Shown: positions 25,123 to 38,391, numbered from the stretch's first letter. The stretch is DNA of 64,000 nt from Octopus sinensis (GCF_006345805.1 NC_043009.1:2046001-2110000); one strand, 5' to 3'. Numbers and translations are program-made. Notes: a model not told the origin generated them from the letters alone.

Positions 25123-27021
25123 AAAAGAGGAGAAAGAAAAGGTAAGAACAAGAACGAAATAAAGAGAAGGAACAAATGGTAATATAATGTTCTGTAGAAA
25201 ATTATGCAGACCACCTTAGATTGATGACATAAGAATTTAAGTAACTACGATCACTCATGAAAAATTCCCGTTGCAATCATAAAGTCCGACATGAACTTTG
25301 AATTAGCAGAGGGCAGGTTCTTCAATTTTGATAACCCTAGCTGTAACATGAGTAACTGGGTCCATTGCTTTCAGAATGAAAATTCCATAGGGTCAAGCAT
25401 GGCTGTGCGGTTAAAACGGCCGCTTTGCAACGACGTGGTTTCGGGTTCAGACCTACTGTACAGCACATTAGAAAGTGTCTTCTACTATAGCTCCAGGCTG
25501 ACCAAAGCTTTGTGAGTGAATTTGGTTGACGAAAACTGCGTGGAAGGCCGTCGTAAATGTATATGTGTGTGTGGGAAGGTGTGTTTTCCTTTCCCTACCG
25601 ACTGATAACCGCTGTTGGTTTGTGTACGTTACTATACTTAGCGGTTCAGCAATGGAACAAAGACATCGCCAATGTAGGAATAGTTATGTGGTTAAGAATC
25701 TCGAGCGTAAGACCTTGCGCAAATAAGTACAGATTTTAAACAAATAAGTACTGAAATGATTTGTTCGAGCAAACCTTCAATGCTTTGCACAAGCATGGCC
25801 GTTGTCCAATGACTGAAGCAAGTACAAGATAACAAATAAAAGAAAAAAAATAAAGTGTGATTTGAACTACTATTTCATCTGGAGGAAAAGGCAACGAAAA
25901 ACAAATCACAGCCTTATGAAACCACAGTCTGTTCTGCTGAATGATCGTTTTGTATGTTTCGTATTTATACATTGGCACAGGTGTTGCTATATAGGCGTAG
26001 GCGTAGCTATATAGGCGCAGGCGTGGTTGTGTGGTTAGAAGCTTGCTTCCTGATCACATGGCTCTGGATTAAGTCCCACTGCGTGGCAGTTTGGGCAAGT
26101 GCTTTCTACTATAGCCTCGGGCTGACCAAAGCCTTATGAGTGGATTTGGTAAACAGAAATTAAAAGAAGCCCGTCATATGTAATTGTATATATGTATATA
26201 TAAAGTTTATCCAAACATGAAAAAAACAAAGAGAAAATACAACAACGCGAGGACGTGGAACAAATATAGTATTATTGGACGCTCAGGAAGGAAGGGAAGA
26301 AGGAGGGTTTAACGTTTCGAGCGGAGCTCTTCGTCGGAAACATAGGAGAGGGAAAGATCCAGAGAAGGGAAGACAGAGGAAAAAAAATCGCCAACGGTAC
26401 ACATGCGGTCACATTTTGAATGTATATATATGTATATATATATATACGTGTTTGTGTCTGTGCTTGTCCCTCACAGCTTGAAAACCTGGTGGTGATGTGA
26501 TTACATCCCCGTAATCTAGCAGCTCGTCAAAAATAACCGATAGACTAAGTACCAGGTTTAAAAAAATAAGTACTGCCTTCGATTAATTAGACTAAATATT
26601 CTTCAATGTAGTGCCCCAGAATGGCCGCAGTTTTATGATTGAAACAAATAAACAACAGCAAAAAAAAAGGTAAAAAATGAGTTACGCTTACTGTAAGTTC
26701 TGATGCAAAGGATGTGAGATTATGTGCTGAAATCTACTGATCGAGAAATAAGCGTTTGTTTTAAAAATATGTAATATTTCTGTTGCCTTTTTTTCTTCCA
26801 AAATAGCAAATAATTATTCGCTTAAGGCAGATAGAGCAAAAAAATCAGATGTCCCTTTTGGAATCTGTTCCTCAGAAATATTCCAGATCTGGCTTAAATT
26901 CTTATGTCATCAATCTAAGGTGGTCTGCATAATTTTCTACAGAACATTATATTACCATTTGTTCCTTCTCTCTATTTCGTTCTTGTTCTTACCTTTTCTT
27001 TCTCCTCTTTTAGTCTCTCTC

Positions 27022-27061
<40 letters not shown>

Positions 27062-27365
27062 ATGCCTCAGTTCTCTCTCACTCCTTCATATCAAGCTTTC
27101 GAGCCAGCTGTAACACACACCTTACCCACAGCACCTCCGAATAATTCATCATAGTGCTCCTTCGTGATTTACCATTATTTATGAAGCACGTTTGAATGGT
27201 AATAAATACAAGCCATAGAAGTTCAAAGAAAGTGAAAATTAAGCTATATATTTTTCGTTTGGCATCTAAACGGGAAACGATATCCATGTATCAACTGTTA
27301 ATTAGTGACCTGAAGTCGTAATCAGAGAGAGAAAGACGCAATCCTTACATCTCCTTAAATTTCAT
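23823..27365. repeat. Locally triplicated unique-looking segment: 23823-24030(+), 24860-25241(+), 26893-27365(-)
   Basis: ggatatcgtttcccgttt(a/g)gatgccaaacg... in all three copies. 24860-25241 is nearly identical to the reverse complement of 26893-27290. Confidence 0.9.
26205..26400 (-). mobile_element. Short PLE-terminus-like insert with HHR-like motif; related copy at 42682-42868
   Basis: Shared ggacgtgg...gacgctcagg...tttaacgtttcgagc...gctcttc(g/a)tc(g/a)gaaaca...gagagg architecture, next to (TA)n. Confidence 0.65.
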
Positions 27366-30300
27366 TCGCAGGTCTACATCAATGAACAGTTAGTTACGTC
27401 TTGCTTTTACAGCTCACTAATGACACATGACATGGCTCTCTATCTGCCTGTAGATATCACGGTACACGAGTCAAAGAGGAAAAAAAAATCAGAAACAGTT
27501 AAAAAAAAAGAAAAAATAAGCAAAACAAAAAAAAACCTAACAAACAAACAACAGAGCAAAAACAAAAAAAAACAACAACAAAAACCATAGTAAAATACAC
27601 AAACAAAATAAATTCCTTCTTGAAATAGTTGCTTGTGTAAGTTCAGAAATTTTAGTGTCAACTACGGTTAGAATCGATGTACGGTTTCGATATATTAGAA
27701 TAATGTTAGCACTGATTTTCCTTCAGTATATCTTGGGGTCCATAGAAGCAGTAGAGCAACAGGTAAAATGTCTGGCGATGATTTAGTTGTTTCCCTTTAA
27801 TATAACAGGAACGCTCCCTCGTTTACATGTTGCAAGTTTTTACTCACGCGTTGGTGAAAGTTACTCAAGATTCTTTCGTATATAGATCGAACTCGAAGCC
27901 ACGAAAATGCCAGGTGAATTTCTTAACCAATTAACAGTCATTATCTCCGGGTACTCAGTATTGAAATTTACTGAGTAATAAGATCGCAGTCAAATAGATT
28001 GAGTATCAGTGCCACGTTACTATTTTATCCTCATCGAAGCGAGAACAATGAAATAGAATATGTACACCTTTCTGCTAGCCTGTAAATTGAAAAATCCGAA
28101 GAAGATCAATATTGAATACTCCGGTGATGCTTTAAGTCTTCACCGTTTTTGCCAACAAGTCTTCCTTACAAAGATTAATATGGAGTTGATTTGACCAGGC
28201 ATGCGGCCAACTTCCTCATAGGTTGGGTAGAAATAACAGAATCAATCTCTGTTGAAAGACTTTTAAACTGCTTCCCTTACAAACATTAATATTGTATGTT
28301 TTGTTGACTGAAACGTATTGTAGTCAATAACAACATACCCTGAAGATTTGCCTAAAGAAGAATTAATTACAGTTATCTTACGCAATTACTTTGTATTGTT
28401 TCTCTTGCTTTATTTATTTTTATCTATTTTTCTGCGTTTGTTTATTTTCTTCTTTGTTTTTCGAAATTTGTTTTGAATTTGTATTGCTTTAACTGTTGGA
28501 TATAATTAAGTATCAGAGGCAGACAAATGCAGTGTAAAGAGCTCGTTGCTGAAACGCTTCTTTTATCATCTCTAAACAATACACACAAACACATACACAC
28601 GTACACAGAAACACTTACGTTGATGCAGATATACACACGCATGCACATACACACGAGATACATTGCAATAACATTGAAACAACATTCTGCAGTTCAAATA
28701 TATAATCACAAAAGGCCAAATGCAAATAATAAGGCACAAAAATACACTGCCTTATAAAAACCTGTTACCATCCGAATACCGATACTCATACATGCACACG
28801 CTCAAGACATGGCTTAGAAGGAGCCTCTAGGTGGTTGAATGACTTGTTATAAACAATAGTCAATTTTCTCGTTTCAACAGATACTGTCTAAATATCGGGA
28901 GGAACCAATGGACAACGTTGCATATTCATAAAGATGGCTAGGTAAGAACTGAAATGTATTTGACATTGCAAAACACCATTAGGATGAACTTATAAATGAC
29001 ATTTTACACACACGCACACGCAAACACACACACACACGTGGGCGCATGGATGTAATTATATCTATCTATCTATCTACCAATCTATCTATCTATCTACAAT
29101 CAAAATAAGCAACAAGGATATCCAGAGTTAATGCAGTACGATCGTTTCATGCAACTCCATATAACTGAACAATGCAATCATTACATCAATTTAAAATGTA
29201 GAGCAATCTTCAGTTGCACAAAGACATATAATTTAATTAAATTAGAACAGGTGGACATATTAGTATAATTATACCTAAAATCTCCAAGACGTTAAGGACT
29301 TACACAAAGAGCATGTTGTAAGGGACTTCAGCATAGAAGTTTCTAAAATTATCAAGAAGACTCTGCCTGCCACTGAATTTTTTGTCTTTATGGGGTCAGT
29401 TTTAATTTATAGACTAATTTATCAAATCCCTTGTATATCTAAGGCTGAGAGAACGGAGGGCAGTATCTGTTAGGGGTAGGGTTGAGTGAGTAGACAGACA
29501 TTCTAGCTGGTATAATCATAAACATTCTAGATTTATTTTCTACGTAGATTTGTAGACAGGTCTTCATTTAACATAAAGGTCGGCGGATAATTATTTATTA
29601 TTTTCCCTAATATTTGATCAGTTGTGTATCTACGCCCTCACATACAAATTAAAATACTTGTAATATCACGTCTATCGCTGTATCGGGAAAAAAGAAAGTT
29701 ATGATCAAATTTGATATGTTCAAATAAAGATAATAGAACAGAGTATTTACTTCCAGTAATTTCTATCGTTAGTCTTCATGCAAGCGGATATGTTATCTTA
29801 CTAGTAAGTACAATACTCTCCAATGCTGAGAAAATTCTTTAAATTGTCAGCCTTTCCGTTTGCAGTCACCTCCATCCCTTTGTTAACGATTCACATCATT
29901 ACGACCAGAATCCATCAAGTGTTTTAAGTAGTTTGATATTTTACAACCTACGTTTTAGTTGGAATGTTGCATCTTCGTGCTTAGATGACACAAATGAAGT
30001 TTCTGAGCGCCAACACAGATCTGAGATTTGAATTCTCATTAGATTTAACAGTAAAAATGCACGTATCACCCATGGCTTTATATTATTTCATTATCATGAA
30101 CTAACCGGCGACCATTTTATGGGAATCTAACCAACTACAATTAGCATTCACATTTCTATCTAATTAACCTCTAATATCCTAGAAAAATAGCTCTTTGATG
30201 GTGAGTAACTGGGGGAAAAAACTGGTTAATCTAAGATCAAAAATATTTTATTACAGCTCATATTAACCAGAGGTTAAAATAACGAATTCACTCACGTTTC

Positions 30301-31874
30301 CTTTAGTCTGCATCAGTTAGATATCAAACCCGTATCCCATGATTGTGGAATATATCTCGTGGCGATGATCGCCATTACGTGGCATTGATTAACTTCCGGT
30401 TGTACTTTTTGAGATTTTTATTTTGTACATGAAAGTTAAAGAAATATTTGTTTTATCTGCTGTTAGTCATTTTAATATTGTTTGCACTTTTCTAGACATC
30501 GATTTCAGCAATATAATGTTACTAATTATTTAAGTGTATGAACAGACGCTTATATAATATTTCATTTAGACTGTAAATGATTTCGTTTTCCGTTTAACAC
30601 ATATATCTATCAAATTTAATTGTGTCCAGTTACGCCTGTCTTTTCCCTAATATCTCGGGAGAAAGCAAAAACAAGTGGAAAACAAAGCAAAACGAAACGA
30701 CAAAAGTATTATTTTACTTAATACGTTGATAACAAATTGGAAAATTGAGCAGTCTGTGTGTGAGAAGCAGTAGAAGAAACAAGAAGATTGAAGCTAAAAA
30801 TGGAATCTCTTAGAGGCACAATCTGCCAAAATCAGCTGCCAAAATCTCACAAATCACAAAGTTCAGTGTTAAGAAAAGAAGGTCTTATATGATAATATAG
30901 ACAAAAAGAAATATAAAGGTCTGAAATATAAAGGAGGTCGTCAAGGTGGAAAGCCTTCGATTATTACTTTGCCACGTTTTTCCTTTTTTTTCCTTTGAAA
31001 AGTATTTGTTTTTCAATATACAACATTTTCTTCCATTTTTTCTTCCTTTCTTCTTTCTTTCATTCTCTTTTCTTTCGTTCTTCTTTCTTTCATTCTGTTT
31101 TCTTTCATTCTTGTTTCAGTCATTTGAGTGCGGCCATACTGGAGCACGCCTTGAGGAGGTTTTAGTCGAACAAATCGACTGAAAGACATTTTCTAATTGA
31201 CTAAAATACTTGTTATTTAAGCCTAGCACTTATTCTACCAGTTTCTTTTGCAGATGTGTTTAGGTCCTCTTTTCCGGGGACGTAAACACATCCACACAGG
31301 TTGTCAAACGGTGATAGGAGGAACAAATACAGACACAAAGACACACACACATATACATACATACATACATACATACATAAATACATACATACATGTATGT
31401 ATGTATGTATGTATACACGATGGGCTTCTTTCAGTTTCCTTCTACCAAATTCATTCACGTGGCATTGGTCGTCCCGAGGCTAAAGTAGAAGCCACTTGCC
31501 CAAGGTACCAAGCAGTTATGCTGAACCCAGAACAATGTGGTTAGGAAGCAATCTTCTTACCACACAGCAACGCCTGCGCCGACTAATCTATGTAATTATT
31601 TGAAATGAAATATAATGATTCTGTATAATGAAAGTTTAAGGCTCCGAACTAGCTCAATAATTACCATCTCAGTAAAGATGCTTTGCAGCATTTCTTCTGG
31701 TTATTTAGGTTCTAAGTTCAAATCCCGCTGAGATCAATCTTGCGTTTCATAATTTCGGGGTCGAACTCAACTAGTGGAGTCGATACATCCGAGTTTTCTT
31801 TTCTCTTGAAAGATTACTTCCTAACTCTGAAGCCTGCATCGGAGAAGCATCCGATGAGAGAGAGAGAGAGAGAG

Positions 31875-32321
31875 AACGAAAAGGTGTTGGATGCTCCACT
31901 GAATGTGGAGGAAAAAGAAAGAGATGTGGCACCACAAAGAAAGACAGGTACCAGCGTTGAGGAGGAGAAATCGAATAGCAGCTGAGAAGTGGTGGAGAAG
32001 AAGAGCAGGAAGAGGAGGAAGAGGATACACGTGGCGTAGGCTGACCCCCAACCCACACCCACCCGACCCTGACCCACATCCACTCGGCCCCACCCGTTTC
32101 CTACAGACACCAGCCCTCTCCACGCCCCGCTTGACACGAAGACAAGCATAGATACACAGGAACCCCGAACAACAGAACTATATGAAGAAATAGAAACATG
32201 CGATACTGCAATTAAAGTGGATACGACAGAAGTAAGAGAGGTGCCGGAGCACATGCGATGTGCGATGGTGGAACCGGAGTACTTGGCAAGATTAAAGAAG
32301 TATGAGAAAGTCATTAAGTAG
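31875..32321 (+). pseudogene. Decayed 148-codon reading frame of unknown origin (probably a retroelement ORF C-terminus)
   Basis: One frame with no frameshift but 3 in-frame stops (TGA 31983, TAG 32037, TGA 32070): NEKVLDAPLNVEEKER...KKSRKRRKR...PTPTRP...YEEIETCD...LARLKKYEKVIK*. More GC-rich than its flanks. Confidence 0.45.
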
Positions 32322-32793
32322 CGGGGAAAGCGGATGAGCGGATGAGTTATTTTGACATTCTTAAAAATATATAAGATTTATATATTGAGTAAACAAGATA
32401 AATAGTCGTAAACAATTGGTAATGAGGAAGGTATTATAAACTGTTTTAAATTTGTTGTTGCAAATGGCAATGGAAGCGATGATGTAACGGGTTCAGTGAA
32501 GTCGATCGGAGGTGAGGCCGAACGGCTTCATTCCATCTTTTATTATATTTAACTTCATTCTTTCCATTCGTTTCGTATTTTTGTCTCTATCTTGTGCTGT
32601 CCCCGTTGTGTAATGCCTTTATGGCCAATTTCATGAAATAAAGAAGCTTGCTTCGAAAACACACGGTACCTGGCTCGGTTCCACAGGCGTGGAACCTTGC
32701 GTAAGAGTCTTCTCCTATAGCCTCGGCTTGACCAAAGCCTTGTGAGCGGATTTGGTAGATGGAAACTAAAAGTCATCGCATATATATATATAC

Positions 32794-32849
<56 letters not shown>

Positions 32850-32906
32850 CTATGTATGTATATATACATATACACATATATACATATATGTGTGCGCGTG
32901 TATATG

Positions 32907-32941
<35 letters not shown>

Positions 32942-34466
32942 AGGTGTGTGTGTGGGTGGGTGTGGATGCGCAATAGCCCAGTGGTTAGGGCAGCGAACTC
33001 GCGTCGTAGAATCGTGGTTTCGATTTCCAGAATGGGATTTGTGTTATTTTAGCCTCGTGTAAAATATATATACATATATTTTTTCGTTTTTCAATATTAA
33101 TATGTATATGCACAACTCTCTACGGTCTTTTCCTTCTAGTCCTCCTGTTACGGTATATTCTACTATACACACATGGCCCTCTTTATTACACTTTGTCTCG
33201 ACCTGTTACTATTTTTTAAAACATAACCGTTAGCTTTGCATTCTTATATTTATGTTTTAGTTTACTGCACATATAAACGTACAAAAACATTGATATGTCT
33301 GTCATTTTTCTCCCTTTCGTCTCTCTTACTAGTATTATTACTGTTATTTTTCCCCTTTTAAAACTTTCTTGCAAACATCCGATTTTTTCCCTATTACCCC
33401 ATTTGTATTCTCCCTTATTGTATCTTATTTTAATTAACTTTGTTTTATTAAAACTTTTTTGATGTCCTTACAAAAATTCCTCACACTGATGAAAATGACA
33501 ATGCATAAATTTAATTATAATTACTATGGTTATAATTTTTTTCTTACATATTTGTATTGTCCTATGAAACGCGCGAATGTATTGAATCCTATTTTTTATT
33601 AACTCTAATTTTGATTCAACATTTTCTCTCCTCCATTTTCCTATAATTGTTTATGGCATTTTCATATCTATAACGATATTTTTCAAATAAAGAAATAGAT
33701 GTGTGTGTGTGTGAGAGAGAGAGAGAGTGTGTGTGAGAGAAAGAGAGAGTGGGAGAAAGAGAGAAAGAGTGTCTGTGTGTCCCCTTGTGTTTGTCCTTCA
33801 CCACCGATTTACTACCGGTGTTGGTGTGTTTACGTCGCCCTTAACGCCTCGGCAAACAAACCCTCAACAGAATAAGTACAAAGCTTAACAAAACAGCAAA
33901 AAAATGTACTGGGGTCGATTTGTTTGACGAAAACAGTTTCTCAATGCAGTGCACCAGTATGGCCGCCGTCTAATGACTGAAACAAAAGCAATATGAAAGA
34001 TTAAAATGAGCTCAAACTAAAACGAGAAAGAACATCAGACAAAACCATGCACAAAAAGCAGCTGGATTATTGGTGGTAGTATAAGTAGGATTAAGAGTGA
34101 TTGGAGGTATTTACTTAACACCTTGTCTTGTGACTCCTTTGGTAATATCTCAACATAGCCTGTCGCCAGATTTCTAATTATTTTTGGTTGGCAGCTTGGT
34201 AATTGCTGTTTCTTTGAGAGCCATTTTTACAACGAGATTCAGGCGAGTTTCGTGAGGCGTTGGTCTGTTGGCAGGTTTCTGATTGAGACGTTGACAATTG
34301 CCACTTCCTTGCATACATACACACATACATACACACACATACATACATACATACATACATACATACATACATACACACATACATACATACATACATAGAT
34401 ACAGATGTATATGCTTATATGTATATATATATATATATGAAGATACATACATACATCCACATATAT

Positions 34467-34530
<64 letters not shown>

Positions 34531-34676
34531 GGTTAAGTAATTGAGATTCTAGAGAATTCTAAAGAATTCACATGAATATGGTCCTTAACTAGGATGCACC
34601 GGATATCTATATGGTGTTAGCCATACGACAAGTGGGGTGATATAAATAGGAAAAAGCAACAAGAATGGATTAAAAT

Positions 34677-34762
34677 CTCGGTACGATCGTTTCGTACGAG
34701 GACATCTTTAATAAGCTACAAAAAATGCAGTGAATACAGATGGCTCGTACTCGTCAGCCGAA
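34677..34762 (-). ncRNA. Canonical type-I hammerhead ribozyme (left arm)
   Basis: Reverse complement identical to 35047-35132. Confidence 0.85.
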
Positions 34763-35046
34763 AAAATATCAGAGAATTCCCAAACATCAAAAGGTGTAGA
34801 TATAAAAGAGGTTGTAGGATTAACTGCATTGAAGAAAGTTCGATTCATAGAGATCTGATGAAAGGATTTAAACCTATAGAATTTATGCATGTCTAAGAAA
34901 TTTAAATTTTCTTTTTAAATTTATGCATTCTATAGGTTTAAAACCTTTCATCAGATCTCCATGAATCGAACTTTCTTCAATGCAGTAATCCTACAACCTC
35001 TTTTATATCTACCCCTTTTGATGTGTTTGGGAATTCTCTGATTTTT

Positions 35047-35132
35047 TTCGGCTGACGAGTACGAGCCATCTGTATTCACTGCATTTTTTGTAGCTTATTA
35101 AAGATGTCCTCGTACGAAACGATCGTACCGAG
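35047..35132 (+). ncRNA. Canonical type-I hammerhead ribozyme with extended stem II
   Basis: ttcgg CTGACGA GTACGAG c CATCT...AGATG tc CTCGTAC GAAAC GATC GT A ccgag. Stem I 5 bp, stem II 7+5 bp, palindromic stem III ACGATCGT, GUA cleavage triplet at 35125-35127. Confidence 0.85.
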
Positions 35133-35159
35133 ATTTTAATCCATTCTTGTGCTTTTTTT

Positions 35160-35204
<45 letters not shown>

Positions 35205-35296
35205 CAATTTACACAGATATCTATGTATATATACATATATTTGCATACATACATACATATATACATAGATCACATGTATGTATGATATATATATTC

Positions 35297-35329
<33 letters not shown>

Positions 35330-35964
35330 TATATATATCTATATATATATATATATATATATAGTGTGTGGGTATCAGTTAGAGGAGTTTAAAAAACCTC
35401 TAAGGGATAATTAAATCCAAGATGATCCTTGGTGATTACCGAGTAGGTATATATACACGCCATATAATATATACATATATACAGATATTTTCATACACAC
35501 CACACATATATATATATATATATATATATGTATAAATATATATATATATATATATAATTATTTTATAAATATATATTATATATATATAAAATATAGATAG
35601 TGTTGTGCATATGTTTCTATGCGTATTTTCAATAAATAAAAGTTATGTATTTATGTTCTAAATTGTTTGTATCTGGAAAGTTAAAAGCTCGCCCAGGGGT
35701 GCATCTTTTGCAGGAGACGGTGGGCATGGGTTACTTGTCAAATTTTATCTCACGTACCTCCAGATAAATAAATAAATCAATAAAATAAATAAAATACTGC
35801 AATAAATATAAGAAAGTGAAAAACAATTCCTGTTGAGTTAAAAATACTGTATTTTCGAACAAGGAAACAAAAAGAATGAAAGAAGAAAATGCAAGTTATC
35901 TGTAGAACCGGCAAAGGTGGAAAGGCTGCAGCAGCAAAAGACGTTGGCTATTCTCCACAGCAAA

Positions 35965-36020
35965 GCCATCGCGGCAACGCCATCGCGATAACGCCATTGT
36001 GGCTATGCCATCATGGCCAT
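35965..36020. repeat. Four 14-bp GC-rich tandem units (gccatcgcggcaac variants)
   Basis: Units at 35965, 35979, 35993 and 36007. Confidence 0.8.
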
Positions 36021-38391
36021 GACCGCGGGCCGTAGCTAAGCACGCCATTTATTCTGTAGTGTGTGACCCGTTGTCCTATCCTCTCCTGTTGCTTAATCCC
36101 TACTTTGTTTTCTTTTTAAATTTTTTTGTAATGAAATTACAATTTATAAATAGACAAGAAATTGAGATTTCCTTTTATGTTCTCTGCATGTTTATTATTT
36201 TTACGCATATTTACGAAGATCACCGCGATTCTCCATCTCATCAGGGTACACGCAAAGGTTCTAAGTGAACCAACATTTCTGGAATTTAATATTTTCTTTC
36301 TCTTTTATAGGCAATTTATCCAAATCTATTTGAAATTATTTGACCATTCTTGATTTACGTAGAAACCATCGATTATAATAAACCGATTAGAAGAAATGCT
36401 TAAGCACAATTATTTTCTACCTTTTACATGGCGACACTTTCGTTGTTGCTTCGGTTATTTTCTAGAAGGCAATGATTCGCTGATGTGGTAAGAATAAGAA
36501 CGAAATCTGTCCACTGATGGATTCCGCCATCGCTGGAGAAATGGACATATAATTAAGTATCGGATTTACTAATTTCTCTAAATGAAAATTTGGTCAGTTA
36601 TTGAGTAATATGTATTATTTTACTTACTGTAAATTTATTTACAATTTGGTTTTTAATGCTGTAACCATTAACTTCGCTAACACTAACTTAATTGCAAAGT
36701 GAGAGAGAGTGCGACACGAAAGATGATTAAATTTAAGCAAGTTACGTGGCGCAAAACCATATCTTCCCTCGAGGATAAATAAATTAATAATTTGATGAAT
36801 CAACTATTGACCTTCGTTCGAGATTCAATCTCAGAAATAAAATTTAGCAAACTATAATAATTATGTGAATGTTACCTTAGTCTCTCAACCATCTAAATTG
36901 AATTTTCTGCTGGTGAGGAATAACAACGGATTACGTTATTTCAGTGTCTTTCGCGACATAAAACCTGGCATCAGTAATAACTTATGTACTGGAGATATTT
37001 CAGTTGAGAGAGAGGGAGAGACGTCGAGAGAGAAAGAAAGAGTGAGAAAGAGAGAGTTAGAAAATGTGAGAGTGAGAGGGAGGGAGGGAGGGAGGGAGGA
37101 ATTTGCAACAGCCTTAGTCAAGCGAGGTTATGCATTTCATTGTGAATACACCCATTAAATACACAACGCATTATTGACAATCACATCATTGAGATGAACT
37201 AGTTATGGCTACCAATATTTAATATTTGTTTCAAAGTTTGGCTCAAGGCCAGCAATTTCGAGGGAGGGGTAATTCGATTGCATCAACCTCAATGCTGAAC
37301 TAGTACTTAGTTCATCGACTCCTCCCCAACTCATAAGATGAAAGGCAAAATCGACCTGCGTGGAATTTGAATTCAGAGCATAAGCACAGACGAAATGACG
37401 CTAAGCATTTTGCATCTTGTGCTAATGATTCTTCTAACTCACCGCCTTACCAATTCTCTGTATTGCCACTTGTTGGCAGAGTCGTTACCGCGCTGGGTAA
37501 AATAGCGGCACCTCGTCCGTCTTTTCATTCTGAGTTTGAATTCCGCGGAGGCCGACTTTTCCTTTCATCTTTTCCAGTTCGATAAAATAAATACCAGTTG
37601 AACACTAGTGTTGATCTAATTGACTTACCCACCTGGCCCAAAACCACTCGGGTTGCGCCAAAAGCTTGAAACAAATATTGCCATTTGTTCCCATGGTTGT
37701 TTCTTATGAATGGCGTCGTTCAAGCCTTCACCATACTCTCTTCTTTATGATCGTCATTCAGAGTGCCCTTCCGTTGTCTGCAGGCAGAATTTGTTTTGAA
37801 AGAGACTTCATTCTTACTTCTAGTATGTCGAGTGAAAAATATAGTGACCATTGTTGACTCATAGATACCACCAGTTCTCATGCTGGAATTCTGTCGGTTG
37901 CGGCGACGAGGGTTACAGTTGATCCGATCAACAGAATAACCTGCTCCTGAAATTAACGAGCAGTCCTCAAACAGGTGTTCCATTAACGTAGTTCTCAGGG
38001 AGATTTAGCGTGCCATAGAATTTAACAAGGCTGGCCCTTTGAAATAGGAGCTCTCTTCATTTTTGCCATGTGAGTGAAATAAAGTGAAATAAAGTGTCTT
38101 GCTCAAGGACACAAGGTGTCGCAGAGAATTGAACTCACAACCTTGCGATCATGAACCGAACGCCCTAACCATTAAACCACGCACCTTCAGTCTTAACGCG
38201 AAGATACGTCTTAATGATTCTGGTAACTTGACGCCTTATAATTTTAATAGAACTGTCAGTAAAGAAGCATTGCCGGAGTTAAAGTTTTTTTCCCATGATG
38301 GCACACATCAGTAGGATTCGATCTCAGTATTGCGATCTAACAAAATGCACGTCTACATTGTAGTGCAATAACTATTTAATGCTCTGATATA

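Larger units (their letters stand above)
34531..35164. mobile_element. Fold-back (palindromic) PLE-like insert in (TA)n; arms 34646-34882 and 34927-35164
   Basis: Arms of ~237 bp are near-perfect reverse complements around a 44-nt spacer. (TA)n on both sides. Confidence 0.9.

Noticed and set aside
32497-32530. SECIS element
   Set aside because: The ATGA on the minus strand pairs Watson-Crick instead of forming the GA/GA quartet, and there is no apical AA in the expected position.
34850-34885. Second antisense HHR (CTGATGA A AGG...CCT) in the palindrome arms
   Set aside because: No GAAA, stem III or NUH follows; it is truncated at the spacer or coincidental.
36508-36547. HHR (tgtcca CTGATGG...GAAA tggaca)
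   Set aside because: A9 is missing and there is no stem III or cleavage triplet; it is only a simple hairpin.
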